From the NCBI GenBank assembly GCA_019163335.1, contig JAFLKM010000026.1, positions 26,347 to 90,346 of the forward strand: DNA of 64,000 nt, in the 5' to 3' direction. Made by a program: the position numbers and the translations under genes. Each line of letters begins with the position of its first letter. The first letter of the stretch is position 1. Source of the stretch: Desulfobulbaceae bacterium. Lineage in GTDB: Bacteria > Desulfobacterota > Desulfobulbia > Desulfobulbales > Desulfocapsaceae. Shown here one piece after another: positions 52,185-62,364 of this stretch. Below the pieces are notes generated by a model. It did no database searches. It saw nothing but the letters and a program-made list of their open reading frames with translations, and had not been told where the DNA came from.

Positions 52185-53216
52185 ATGAATGATACCTTCC
52201 TCAAGGCCTGCCGTGGCGAAAAAACCGACTACACCCCCATCTGGATGATGCGCCAGGCTGGACGTTACCTCCCTGAATACCAGAAGGTGCGGGCCAACTT
52301 CACCTTTCTCGAGCTGTGCAAGACCCCCGAACTCTGCGTCGAGGTAACCCTGCAGCCCGTTGATATTCTTGGAGTAGATGCCGCCATTCTGTTCTCGGAC
52401 ATCCTTATTCCGATGGAGGCTATGGGTGCCCCCCTCTATTTCCATGAAGGCCGCGGCCCAATCTTTCCAGAACCCGTCCGCACAAGAGAAGCCCTTGATC
52501 GGCTCATCGTCCCCGACCCCGAACTGCACACCGGCTTTGTCATGGAGACCATCCGCCTCCTGCGCAAAGAGCTGAAGGTGCCCCTCATCGGTTTTTCCGG
52601 GGCGCCCTTCACCCTGGCCACCTACCTGATTGAAGGCGGCTCCTCCAAGGTTTTCTGGGAGACCAAGAAAATGATGTTCACCCAGCCTGACCTTTTTCAT
52701 AGCCTGATGGAAAAGATCACCGCCTGCACCAGCCTTTACCTTCAGGCCCAGGCTCGGGCCGGTGCACAGGCCCTGCAGATTTTTGATTCCTGGGCGGGAG
52801 TCCTGGCCCCCTGCGACTTTGAAGAATTTGCCCTGCCCTATGTGCAAAAGATTATCAGCGACCTGAAGGCAACCGGCCTGCCCATCATCTATTTCGCCAA
52901 TAACGGTGCAACTCTGCTTGAGCTCTCCGTCCAATCTGGGGCCGATGTCCTGGGGCTGGACTGGCGAATTGATATCGGAGATGCCGTCAAGGTGGTCGGG
53001 AACAGGGCCGTCCAAGGGAACATTGACCCGTTTGCGTTGATGCTGCCGAAAGACAAGCTGCGCCAACGCATCGGCAACCTCCTCCATGGGGCCAGAAATG
53101 CCCATGGCCATATCTTTAATCTAGGCCATGGCATCCACCAGTTTACCCCGCCGGATCAGGCCAAAATCGCCATTGATGCCGTGCATGAACTTAGTGCCAA
53201 TCATAAATATAGATAA
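52185..53216 (+). CDS. hemE: Uroporphyrinogen decarboxylase HemE
   Basis: 343 aa with PIWMMRQAGRYLPEY, and FDSWAG and NLGHGI motifs. Confidence 0.95.
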   Translation: MNDTFLKACRGEKTDYTPIWMMRQAGRYLPEYQKVRANFTFLELCKTPELCVEVTLQPVDILGVDAAILFSDILIPMEAMGAPLYFHEGRGPIFPEPVRTREALDRLIVPDPELHTGFVMETIRLLRKELKVPLIGFSGAPFTLATYLIEGGSSKVFWETKKMMFTQPDLFHSLMEKITACTSLYLQAQARAGAQALQIFDSWAGVLAPCDFEEFALPYVQKIISDLKATGLPIIYFANNGATLLELSVQSGADVLGLDWRIDIGDAVKVVGNRAVQGNIDPFALMLPKDKLRQRIGNLLHGARNAHGHIFNLGHGIHQFTPPDQAKIAIDAVHELSANHKYR

Positions 53217-53218
53217 TC

Positions 53219-53809
53219 ATGAGCTCCAACATTCCAACAAGAGAGCAATGCCTGGCCCTGATGGATCAATATGGCATGCTTGCCAATATCCGGGCCCACT
53301 CCCTGCTTGTCACGAATGTTGCCGAAGAAATTTTGGACGGGCTGATGGAAAAAAACGAGAGTGGAGTCAGTCTACCGGAAAAAGAATTGGTGCTGGCCGG
53401 GGCCCTGCTGCACGACATCGCCAAGACCATCTGCCTGCAGCAGGACTGCCTGCATGCCCAGAAGGGACGAGATATTTGTCTGGAGCACGGATATCCGGCC
53501 ATCAGCGAAATCGTCTGTGAGCACGTGCTCCTGAAAGAGTTTTCCCCTGAACGCTACGCCCAGGGGATCTTTTTTGCCAAAGAAATTGTCTACTATGCCG
53601 ACAAGCGGGTTTGCCACGACACCATCGTCTCCATCGAGGAACGATTGGCCTACATCCTGGAACGGTATGGCAACAATGACGAGGAACGTTTTCAACGGAT
53701 CAAGGATAATTTTAAGCGTTGCCGGATTCTGGAAGGCCACCTGTTTTCCCGCATTAACTTTGCCCCGGATGAGCTGGCGGAGAAGGTTGCAATTTCTGGT
53801 AAAAATTGA
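53219..53809 (+). CDS. HD-domain phosphohydrolase
   Basis: 196 aa with H...HD metal motifs (RAHSLLV, LLHDIAK). Confidence 0.75.
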   Translation: MSSNIPTREQCLALMDQYGMLANIRAHSLLVTNVAEEILDGLMEKNESGVSLPEKELVLAGALLHDIAKTICLQQDCLHAQKGRDICLEHGYPAISEIVCEHVLLKEFSPERYAQGIFFAKEIVYYADKRVCHDTIVSIEERLAYILERYGNNDEERFQRIKDNFKRCRILEGHLFSRINFAPDELAEKVAISGKN

Positions 53810-53993
53810 GGAGACGGCTCCAGATCTAATAGAGGGATCTCGTAGACGAGGGGGAAGGTGGGAAAGTGGGAAACTTTGCCGGGAGGTTGGACGGGATTAT
53901 TTTAATCGCTTTGCTATGTGTTTTTTCTTTTTGGGTTTTGATGCTGCGGGTACCTGATGTTGCTGCGGGCGTCAACCGATGTAGAGCGGCCGC

Positions 53994-54102
53994 CCCAAGA
54001 ACAGCCGGAATAGATTGGCTGTTCTTGGGTGCGGCATAAGAGTCCGTAAATGCCAAGGGCAAGCAAGGTGAAGCCTTTGCTTGCCCTTGGCATAACGGAC
54101 TC
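53994..54102. terminator. Two tandem long hairpins between the convergent HD and paaK genes
   Basis: Hairpin 1: cccaagaacagcc (53994-54006) / ggctgttcttggg (54017-54029). Hairpin 2: an approximately 26-bp imperfect stem at 54040-54066 / 54077-54102, which ends on the paaK stop codon. Confidence 0.55.
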
Positions 54103-55400
54103 TAAATTTTCCTCTTATCAATCACCCGCTGGCCCTTGCCTTCAAATCGTTCCAGCGTTTTTTCCTCCACCAGTTTCACCGCCACCCCAATCCCCAGCTC
54201 GGAACTCAACCGTGACTTGATGGTTTCGATCAGGGCACTCTGTTTTTTCATCTCATCGAAGAGATAGGATTCCTGGACCTCAACCAGAACCGTGGCCTTG
54301 TCCTGGTGATTTTCTCGCTCCACGATGATCCGGTAATGGGGCGCAGTGCCGTCAATATCAAAAAGGACCGATTCAATCTGGGTGGGAAAGACATTGACCC
54401 CTTTAATAATCAACATGTCATCGGTGCGGCCAAGGACACGGCTCATGCGGGCAAAAGTTCGGCCACAGGGGCAGGGCTCCGGCAACAGGCGGGTCAGGTC
54501 GCGGGTGCGGTAGCGGATGACCGGAAAGGCCTCCTTGGTGAGGGTGGTAATAACTATCTCACCAATTTCCCCAGGCTTCACCGGCTCCAGAGTCTCTGGA
54601 TCGAGAATTTCCACCAGGAAATGATCTTCACTGATATGCAGACCGTTGCACTGCTGACATTCACCAGCGACCCCCGGCCCCATGACCTCGGAGAGGCCAT
54701 AATTATCGGTGGCCTGGATCCCCAGCTTCTCATTGATCTCCCGACGCATGGCCTCAGACCAGGGCTCTGCCCCGAAAAGGCCGAATTTCAAGGAAAGACC
54801 TCGGGGATTGATCCCCATGTCCAGCATGACATCGGCAATATTGAGGGCATAGGAAGGAGTGCAGACCAGGGCCGTGGTCTTGAAGTCCTGCATGATCTGG
54901 ATCTGCCGTTTAGTGTTACCGGAAGAGATGGGGATAACCGAGGCTCCCAGCCGCTCGGCCCCATAATGCAGGCCAAAACCGCCGGTAAAAAGGCCGTAGC
55001 CAAAGGCAATCTGGATCACGTCATCCGCCGTCAATCCGGCAGCACACAAGACCCGGGCCACCAGATCCGACCAATTTTTAATATCATTACGGGTATAGCC
55101 AACCACGGTCGCCATGCCGGTGGTGCCCGATGAGGAATGGATGCGCACCACCTCACGCAGGGGCACGGCAAACATGCCATAGGGGTAATTATCGCGCAGA
55201 TCCTGCTTCATGGTGAAGGGCAGTTTATGAATATCTGCAAGAGTGTTAAACCCTTCATAATCAAGCTTCATCTCCCGGAATTTCTGCCGGTAGAACGGGA
55301 CATGGGTTCCCACCCGATAGAGGGTGGACTGCAGACGTTCCAGCTGCAACTGCTCCAGGTCAACCCTGGGCATGCACTCATTTTCCTTTTGCCAGTACAT
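54102..55400 (-). CDS. paaK: Phenylacetate--CoA ligase family protein (PaaK-like), copy 1
   Basis: I prefer the start at MYWQKENE (55400), chosen by alignment with copy 2 (LYWEEEIE). It has the AMP-binding motif SSGTTG and the C-terminal PaaK-type ...QRVIDKR. Confidence 0.88.
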   Translation of the reverse strand: MYWQKENECMPRVDLEQLQLERLQSTLYRVGTHVPFYRQKFREMKLDYEGFNTLADIHKLPFTMKQDLRDNYPYGMFAVPLREVVRIHSSSGTTGMATVVGYTRNDIKNWSDLVARVLCAAGLTADDVIQIAFGYGLFTGGFGLHYGAERLGASVIPISSGNTKRQIQIMQDFKTTALVCTPSYALNIADVMLDMGINPRGLSLKFGLFGAEPWSEAMRREINEKLGIQATDNYGLSEVMGPGVAGECQQCNGLHISEDHFLVEILDPETLEPVKPGEIGEIVITTLTKEAFPVIRYRTRDLTRLLPEPCPCGRTFARMSRVLGRTDDMLIIKGVNVFPTQIESVLFDIDGTAPHYRIIVERENHQDKATVLVEVQESYLFDEMKKQSALIETIKSRLSSELGIGVAVKLVEEKTLERFEGKGQRVIDKRKI

Positions 55401-55500
55401 GATCTTCGTTTCCTTAAAAAATGGAAGGATTCCGTTAACAATTGAAGGGGCTCTCAACCTTTGAGTGAAGCCTTCCCTTCAGTCTGCAGCCTGTTTTTCT

Positions 55501-55581
55501 TTAGTGAGTTACAGATTATTTTCTTGTTTTTTTATCCGAAAGTAATCTGCGAAAGGCACTTATCCCGTTCATCGGGGTCAG
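55501..55581 (+). repeat. Structured intergenic repeat, copy D
   Basis: ttagtgagttacagattattttcttgtttttttatccgaaagtaatctgcgaaaggcacttatcccgttcatcggggtcag. Its last bases contain the livF stop codon on the opposite strand (tca at 55578-55580). Confidence 0.85.
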
Positions 55582-56300
55582 TCTATTTTTTCCCGTCCCA
55601 GATAGGCCCGCTGCACATCCTGGTTGTTCAGAAGGTCATCGGCCGGGCCCTGCACAATCACCTTTCCCGTCTCAAAGACATAGCCCCGATCGGCAATGGC
55701 CAGGGCCGCTTTGGCATTCTGTTCCACCAGCAGGACGGTTTTTCCCTCATCCCGCAGCCTGACGATAATCTGAAAAATCTCTTTCACAATAAGCGGCGCA
55801 AGCCCGGTGGACGGTTCGTCCATCATCACCATCTTTGGCCTGGACATCAGCGCCCGACCCATGGCCAGCATCTGCTGTTCACCACCCGACAGGGTTCCCG
55901 CCAGTTGGGTTTTCCGCTCGGCCAAGACCGGAAAAAGGGCGTATTGATAGTCGAGCAATTCGCGAATCACGCGCTGTCCCTCTTTTTGCAAGACATGTGC
56001 GCCAAGAATGAGATTCTCCTCCACGCTCATCGTGGCAAAAACCTGCCTCCCCTCCGGAACCATGACACAGCCCAGGGCAGGAATCTTTTCCGCCGCAGTG
56101 GCACAGATATTCTGTCCCTGAAAAGAAATATCCCCGGACACGGCCTTGATAAGACCGGCAATGGTGGCAAGCAGCGTGGTTTTACCTGCGCCATTGGCCC
56201 CGATAATGGTCACGATCTCGCCTGGGTCCACATGCATGGAGACATGTTTGAGCACCTTGATCTTGCCGTATCCTGATTCCAGATTGCGAATTTTCAGCAT
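55578..56300 (-). CDS. livF: Branched-chain amino acid ABC transporter ATP-binding protein LivF
   Basis: 240 aa with Walker A GANGAGKTT, the signature LSGGEQQML and Walker B MVMMDEPS. Confidence 0.92.
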   Translation of the reverse strand: MLKIRNLESGYGKIKVLKHVSMHVDPGEIVTIIGANGAGKTTLLATIAGLIKAVSGDISFQGQNICATAAEKIPALGCVMVPEGRQVFATMSVEENLILGAHVLQKEGQRVIRELLDYQYALFPVLAERKTQLAGTLSGGEQQMLAMGRALMSRPKMVMMDEPSTGLAPLIVKEIFQIIVRLRDEGKTVLLVEQNAKAALAIADRGYVFETGKVIVQGPADDLLNNQDVQRAYLGREKID

Positions 56301-56410
56301 AAGCCCTTGTCCAATAGTAGCTGTAACATCCAGTACCGATAACGGTTCAGGAGCGGTGAAGAAATTGGTGATACTGTTGCGGGACTTTCTTCACAGCCTC
56401 TAAGCCTCTC

Positions 56411-57166
56411 TTATTCCCCTAGATAGATTTTGATCACTTCCGGATTATTCTGGATCGCCGCCGGCAGGTCTTCTGCTATCTTCTCTCCAAAACAGAGCAC
56501 CACGATCTCATCGGAGATATCCATGACCAGAGACATGTCATGTTCAACCAGAAGCACGGTAATCCCCATGTCCCGGATCTTGGTGATCAGCCGCCCCACC
56601 TCGGCGGTTTCATAGATATTCAGTCCAGCCGCCGGTTCATCCAGGAGCAGCAGCGAGGGCTGCATGGCCAGGGCCCGGGCCAGTTCCACCGCCCGCTGTT
56701 GACCAAAGGCAAGGCTTGTGGCCAGCACATGGGCACTCTCTCCGATCTCCAGGAGTTCAAGGAGTTCCATGGATTTTCCCAAGACTTCCCGCTCCTCATT
56801 CCAGGTCCAGGGCGCATGGAGCATGGACGATAAGAAACCGGCCTTGCCGCGCAGATGACAGCCAACCATCACATTTTCCAGGGCTGTCATGCCGGCAAAC
56901 ATCTTGATATTCTGATAGGTTCTGGCCATTCCCAGGGCCGCGATCTCAAAAGGACGCCGTCCCTGAATGTCTTTCCCCTGAAAACGAACCACTCCTGAGC
57001 TTGGCGTCAGGGCTCCGGATACCAGGTTAAACAGGGTCGTCTTGCCGGCTCCGTTTGGCCCGATTACCGCCTTGATTTGCCCCGCTGCCACCTGAAAGGA
57101 GACATCATTGACCGCGTGCAGCCCGCCAAAACGGCGATGCAGATTTTCCACCGCTAGAATTGCCAT
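56411..57166 (-). CDS. livG: Branched-chain amino acid ABC transporter ATP-binding protein LivG
   Basis: 251 aa with Walker A GPNGAGKTT, the LivG-type FGQQR segment and LLLLDEPAAG. Confidence 0.92.
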   Translation of the reverse strand: MAILAVENLHRRFGGLHAVNDVSFQVAAGQIKAVIGPNGAGKTTLFNLVSGALTPSSGVVRFQGKDIQGRRPFEIAALGMARTYQNIKMFAGMTALENVMVGCHLRGKAGFLSSMLHAPWTWNEEREVLGKSMELLELLEIGESAHVLATSLAFGQQRAVELARALAMQPSLLLLDEPAAGLNIYETAEVGRLITKIRDMGITVLLVEHDMSLVMDISDEIVVLCFGEKIAEDLPAAIQNNPEVIKIYLGE

Positions 57167-57174
57167 ACCCTCCC

Positions 57175-58248
57175 TCAGACCTCCCTGTCCTGCTGAACGG
57201 TCGGCACCGTTACCGCCTGTTTCTTCCGACCGGTGATTAGACTCAGTATCCCATCGGGCGCAAAGAGCATGATCACAATGAGAATCAGGCCAAAAACCGC
57301 GTCATCATAACTTCCGAAAACCCCGCGCAGGGACAGAAAGTTCAACAGCACTCCCATGAACATCGCCCCCCAGAGATGGGCCATGCCCCCCACCGCCACA
57401 ATGGCCACATAGCGCACCGACTTCATCACTCCGGCCTCCGATGGCCCGATTCCGCCATTATAATGGGTCAGCAAAACCCCGGCGATGGCGGCAAAGACGG
57501 CAGAGAGGACAAAGGTCTGCAGTTTGAAACGAGCAATATTGACCCCCATGGCATCGGCGGCCTCCTCGGAGCCATGAATCGCCCGCAAAGCCCTACCAAT
57601 GCGGGATTGCATCAGATTAATGAGCAAAACCAGGCCACACAGGAGGACCCCCCAGGCGAGATAGTAATTCAATATCCGGACCGAGGTTTCCCCGCTCACC
57701 GTCACTCCTGAGAAAAGCTGAAAAGGAGGTACGCCGGAAATCCCATCCGCCTCGCCGAACCAAGGAGTGGCGAGCACCAGACGATAAATGATGATGCCAA
57801 AACCCAGGGTCGCCATGGCTAAGTAGTGCCCTTTGAGTTTCAGTACCGGAATTCCAATGGCCACGGCAATCAGGGCCGCCACCAGAACTGCGAACACAGC
57901 CGCCGCCCAGGGAGTTACCACTAACAGCTCGCCGCCATAAAGATCTTTTCCCGCATGAAGCATGCCGCAGTTATCCAGCAGACGCACCAGCGCCGCCTCC
58001 TTGAAAGGCACAAGGCTTCGGGTGGTCAAGGCGGCAGAAAGGTAGCCACCGATGGCAAAAAAACCGGCATGCCCCAGGGAAATCTGCCCGGCATACCCCA
58101 TGAGCACACAGAGCCCGATGATCAGCAGCGAGTAATAGGCCGCCATGGTCATCTGGGTCAGATAATACTGGGTTCCGGTCCAGGCGGTCACCAGCTGCAC
58201 CAGCACGACCACAGCCAGCAGGGGCAGAATTGGAAGAATTCTTTTCAT
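57175..58248 (-). CDS. livM: Branched-chain amino acid ABC transporter permease LivM
   Basis: 357-aa polytopic membrane protein with the GQISLGHAGFFAIGGY motif. Confidence 0.9.
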   Translation of the reverse strand: MKRILPILPLLAVVVLVQLVTAWTGTQYYLTQMTMAAYYSLLIIGLCVLMGYAGQISLGHAGFFAIGGYLSAALTTRSLVPFKEAALVRLLDNCGMLHAGKDLYGGELLVVTPWAAAVFAVLVAALIAVAIGIPVLKLKGHYLAMATLGFGIIIYRLVLATPWFGEADGISGVPPFQLFSGVTVSGETSVRILNYYLAWGVLLCGLVLLINLMQSRIGRALRAIHGSEEAADAMGVNIARFKLQTFVLSAVFAAIAGVLLTHYNGGIGPSEAGVMKSVRYVAIVAVGGMAHLWGAMFMGVLLNFLSLRGVFGSYDDAVFGLILIVIMLFAPDGILSLITGRKKQAVTVPTVQQDREV

Positions 58249-58250
58249 GC

Positions 58251-59147
58251 TTAAAAGGCCTTCAACCGGGCCGCTTCACCCGAACCGAAGATCCCGTGCG
58301 GCTTGACAAAAAGGATAAGGAGGAGGATGGCAATGGCAATGGCATCCTGAAAAGCCAGGGGGACAACCGAAACGGAAAAGGCCTCAATGACCCCAAGCAA
58401 CAGCCCTGCCGCCACTGCACCGCCGGAATTTCCAAGTCCTCCCAGAATGGCTACGGTAAAGCCTTTGATGGCAAGCCCGGTGCCCATATCATACTGACTG
58501 TAGGTAATGGGTGACATGACGCATCCCGCCAGAGCCCCCATACCGGCGCTGAGGACAAAGGAAAAGGTGACCATATTGCGGGGATTGATCCCGCAAAGAA
58601 TCGTGGCCAGACGATTCGCGGCGCAGGCCCGCATCTCACGGCCCACCGACGTTGCCCTGAAAAAAAGATGGAGAACCGCGACCATCACCCCGCACACCCC
58701 CACCACCCATAAGACCTGTGGGGAAATCCGTGCGCCCATGATTCCAATGGTGGTGATCTCATTGCCGACAAAATAGGGAAGGGCCCGAATATTTTCACCC
58801 CAGATATGGACTGCTGCCTCGCGGGTCAGGATGGAAAGACCAATGGTGATGATAATCATCCGCAACACCGAAGGATTCTTCAACCAGCGGATAAAAATGA
58901 TCTCGATAAGGGCGCCGATGATCATGGTAATAATCACGGCCAGAGCAATAGCCGCAGGAAGGGGCATGAAAGACAACAGAGTGATGGCAATCATCCCGCC
59001 CAGCATAACAAACTCGCCTTGGGCGAAATTGATGATCCCGGTGGTGTTATAAATAATATTAAACCCGATGGCGACGATGGCATAAATACTGCCATAGGTG
59101 ATGCCGGCAAAGAGGTACTGGACAAAAAGTTCAGTGCTCATAAACAA
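58251..59147 (-). CDS. livH: Branched-chain amino acid ABC transporter permease LivH
   Basis: 298-aa polytopic membrane protein with YGSIYAIVAIGFNIIY and NFAQGEFVMLG. Confidence 0.9.
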   Translation of the reverse strand: MFMSTELFVQYLFAGITYGSIYAIVAIGFNIIYNTTGIINFAQGEFVMLGGMIAITLLSFMPLPAAIALAVIITMIIGALIEIIFIRWLKNPSVLRMIIITIGLSILTREAAVHIWGENIRALPYFVGNEITTIGIMGARISPQVLWVVGVCGVMVAVLHLFFRATSVGREMRACAANRLATILCGINPRNMVTFSFVLSAGMGALAGCVMSPITYSQYDMGTGLAIKGFTVAILGGLGNSGGAVAAGLLLGVIEAFSVSVVPLAFQDAIAIAILLLILFVKPHGIFGSGEAARLKAF

Positions 59148-59235
59148 AGGTGTGGCTCAGGATAAAGAAAAAGGGCCGGGAGAGTCTCCTTCCGGCCCCT
59201 TGTTTTCTGCAATGTTTCCGAAATTGTTTGCAGAT

Positions 59236-60390
59236 TTACTTAGCGGGATAGGCTACAAACTTGCCGCCTTTGACCGTCATCATCTGGAAGGCATCAATGG
59301 TCAAACCATTATGATCCTTCTCCGAAAAGGTAAAGATACCCGTGGCAGAGGGCAGGCCCTTTAACTGCTCAATGGCGGCCCGCACCTTGTCACGATCCAA
59401 ACTGCCGGCTTTTTTCACAGCAGCTTCGAAAATGATAAAGGCATCATAGGCGTACCCACCGAAGGCGGAGACATTTTCCTTATATTTATCCTCATAATCT
59501 TTTTTATACTTCACCAGCAAGGCCTTCTGGGGATGGCCATCGGGCAGGTCTGAAGCAATCAGCAAACGACTAGCCGGAAAGATAATCCCGTCTGCAGCGG
59601 CCCCTGCTGCCTCAACAAACTTGATGTTTCCAAAACCATGGCTCTGAAAAATCGGTACATCCCATCCCATCTGCCGGATATTCTTGGCAACAATGGACTG
59701 GGCAGGAACCACCGACCAGTTCACCACGGCCTGTACCTCCTTGTTGGCCTTGATCTTGGCCACCACCGCTGAGAGGTCATTGGCGGCCTTGTCATAGACC
59801 TCGTTTTCCACAACCTTGATATTAAATTCAGGGGCAATCTTCACCAATTGCTCCTGCCCGGCCTTGCCAAAACCGGTATTATCCACCAGCACCGCCATAT
59901 TGGTTAGTCCCAGCTTCTTCATTTCCTGATAGATCGACCGCACCGCATCGGAATCTTTCTGCGGGGTCTTAAACACGTAAGAGGCAACGGGATCAACAAT
60001 CACCTCGGCAGCGGCACAGGAGAGAAGCGGCGTCTTGCCATCCTCGGCAATCTTTTTAATCTGCATGGTCTCACCGCTGCTGGAGGGCCCGATGATGGCG
60101 ACAACCTTGTCTTCTTCGATGAGCTGCTTGGCAAAAGAGACGGCCTTTTCCGGATTGCCGGTCGAATCTTTGAGAATAAGCTCAACGGGCTTCCCGTCAA
60201 TCCCGCCCCTGGCATTGGTTTCCGCCACAAGCATCTCGAGGGTTCGGGCCTCAGGTCCGCCTAAGAAGGACATCGGACCGGTCACGGCCAGAATTGCTCC
60301 CACCTTGATATTCTCCGCCCAGGCCGGGGGTGCCAGCATCAGCCCCAGGGCTGCAGCCCCCATCACTACCTTCGATACAATCCCTTTCAT
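59236..60390 (-). CDS. ABC transporter substrate-binding protein (LivK/LivJ family), copy 1
   Basis: 384 aa with a signal peptide, then ENIKVGAILAVTGPMSFLG, a type I periplasmic binding fold pattern. Confidence 0.88.
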   Translation of the reverse strand: MKGIVSKVVMGAAALGLMLAPPAWAENIKVGAILAVTGPMSFLGGPEARTLEMLVAETNARGGIDGKPVELILKDSTGNPEKAVSFAKQLIEEDKVVAIIGPSSSGETMQIKKIAEDGKTPLLSCAAAEVIVDPVASYVFKTPQKDSDAVRSIYQEMKKLGLTNMAVLVDNTGFGKAGQEQLVKIAPEFNIKVVENEVYDKAANDLSAVVAKIKANKEVQAVVNWSVVPAQSIVAKNIRQMGWDVPIFQSHGFGNIKFVEAAGAAADGIIFPASRLLIASDLPDGHPQKALLVKYKKDYEDKYKENVSAFGGYAYDAFIIFEAAVKKAGSLDRDKVRAAIEQLKGLPSATGIFTFSEKDHNGLTIDAFQMMTVKGGKFVAYPAK

Positions 60391-60450
60391 AACCGGTCCC
60401 CATTGTATTCGTTAACGTTCACGGATGGTTCTTTATGACCATCCACATTT

Positions 60451-60882
60451 TTATAGCGCGCAGACCTGTTCCCCGCTCAACAGTCTAAACCCGTCCTGAA
60501 CCAAGGCGGCAATGGCCTTGTCCATCTCATCAAAACGGAAGATCAAAACCGCGTTTTCCCCGCTTTTATTGACAAAGGCGTACATATATTCCACATTGAG
60601 ATCCGCTTTTTCAATGCTCTTCAAGACACTTGCCAGGCCACCGCTGCGATCATCCACCACCACTGCGATGACATTGGTACCCCCGACGGTGAAGCCATTG
60701 GCCTTCAACACCCTTTTGGCCTTTTCCACATCGTTGACGATCAACCGCAAAATACCGAAATCAGCAGTATCAGCCACAGATAAAGCCCTGATATTAATAT
60801 CATTTTCAGCAAGTGTGGCGGTAATCTCCGCCAGTCGGCCGGATTTGTTCTCCAAAAAAACTGCAATCTGTTCTACGCGCAT
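60451..60882 (-). CDS. ACT-domain protein (tandem ACT)
   Basis: I prefer the start at [17 protein letters not shown]. It has two ACT-like beta-alpha-beta-beta-alpha-beta units. It is the usual partner of paaK/ior genes in anaerobes. Confidence 0.75.
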   Translation of the reverse strand: MRVEQIAVFLENKSGRLAEITATLAENDINIRALSVADTADFGILRLIVNDVEKAKRVLKANGFTVGGTNVIAVVVDDRSGGLASVLKSIEKADLNVEYMYAFVNKSGENAVLIFRFDEMDKAIAALVQDGFRLLSGEQVCAL

Positions 60883-60975
60883 ACCCAATCCTCCTGGATT
60901 TTGGATTGAAAAAAGCAACAATAAGGACTTCGACAGGAAGCTGCAGGAGAGCTGCGGCTTTCAACCTGTTCCGTC

Positions 60976-62289
60976 CTACATCTTTCTGTTATCAATAACC
61001 CGCTGGGCCTTGCCCTCACTGCGCTGAATGGTCCGCGGCTCAACTAACTGCACCTTGCAAGTCACACCAAGCATGTCCTTGATATCAGACTGGATCTTGC
61101 GCGTCAGTTTTTCCAGGGTCTTCACCTCGTCGGAAAACAGGGCCTCGCTGACCTCCACCCGCACCGCCATGGTATCAAGATTGCCTTCACGGTTCACCAC
61201 AATCTGATAGTGGGGCTCAACACCCTCCGTTCCCATGAGCACGTGCTCCACCTGGGACGGAAAGACGTTGACGCCGCGGATAATAAGCATGTCGTCGGTA
61301 CGGCCGGTGACCTTTTCCATGCGCACCATGGTGCGGCCGCAGGCACAGGGTTCATGAATAAGCCGGGAGATATCCTTGGTCCGATAGCGGATCAGGGGAA
61401 AGGCCTCCTTGGTCAGGGTCGTGAACACCAGCTCGCCTTTCTCGCCCGGAGGCAAAACCTCGCCGGTATCCGGGTCAATGATCTCCGGCAGGAAATGATC
61501 TTCAAAAATATGCATGCCGCGATCCGTCTCCAGACACTGCATGGCGACGCCCGGCCCCATCACCTCGGAGAGCCCGTAAATATCAACGGCCCGGATGTTG
61601 AGCTTCCGCTCCACCTCACTGCGCATATTCTCACTCCAGGGCTCGGCCCCGAAGATCCCAACCCGCAGGGCCAGGGCTTTGCAGTCAACCCCCAACTCGA
61701 CCATGGCATCGGCCAGATTCAGGGCATACGAAGGCGTGGACAACAGGACGCTGGAACGAAAATCCTGCATGATGGTGATCTGGCGTTTGGTATTGCCGCC
61801 CGACACCGGAATAACCGTGGCCCCTAACCGCTCCACCCCGTAATGGGCACCCAGGCCGCCGGTAAACAGGCCATAACCATAGGCATTGTGGATCATATCG
61901 CGGGACGTGGCACCGGCACAGGTCAAAGCCCGGGCCATGACTCCAGACCAGGTCTCGATATCCTTCTTAGTATACCCGACCACCGTCGGCTTGCCGGTGG
62001 TGCCAGAGGAGGCGTGGACCCGCACCACCTGGTCCATAGGCACGGTGAAGAGCCCGAAAGGATAATTATCGCGCAGGTCATCCTTTACAGTAAAGGGCAG
62101 CTTCTGCAGATCAGCCAGGGTTTTGATATCACCGGGTTTCACCCCGGCCGCATCCATCTTGGCGCGATAGGGCGCAACCGTTGCATAGACCCTGGCCACC
62201 AGGTGCTTCAAGCGGGTCAACTGAACAGACTCAAGCCCGACCCGGGGCAGAGTCTCTATTTCTTCTTCCCAATAGAGGGTTGTCATCAT
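60976..62289 (-). CDS. paaK: Phenylacetate--CoA ligase family protein (PaaK-like), copy 2
   Basis: 437 aa with SSGTTGKPT, and it is colinear with copy 1 throughout. Confidence 0.9.
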   Translation of the reverse strand: MMTTLYWEEEIETLPRVGLESVQLTRLKHLVARVYATVAPYRAKMDAAGVKPGDIKTLADLQKLPFTVKDDLRDNYPFGLFTVPMDQVVRVHASSGTTGKPTVVGYTKKDIETWSGVMARALTCAGATSRDMIHNAYGYGLFTGGLGAHYGVERLGATVIPVSGGNTKRQITIMQDFRSSVLLSTPSYALNLADAMVELGVDCKALALRVGIFGAEPWSENMRSEVERKLNIRAVDIYGLSEVMGPGVAMQCLETDRGMHIFEDHFLPEIIDPDTGEVLPPGEKGELVFTTLTKEAFPLIRYRTKDISRLIHEPCACGRTMVRMEKVTGRTDDMLIIRGVNVFPSQVEHVLMGTEGVEPHYQIVVNREGNLDTMAVRVEVSEALFSDEVKTLEKLTRKIQSDIKDMLGVTCKVQLVEPRTIQRSEGKAQRVIDNRKM

Positions 62290-62364
62290 TTGCTCCTATA
62301 AAAAGACTCAGCTATATGTATTTCCTCGAAATGGCACACCTTCAAATAGACAGAGGCAGAAAAA

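Noticed and set aside
56301-56410. 110-nt gap between livG and livF containing a 9-bp inverted repeat (gtgaagaaa ... tttcttcac, about 56356-56394).
   Set aside because: It is a short stem with a large loop inside an operon. This is plausible as a minor mRNA stability element, but there is too little evidence to call it a feature.
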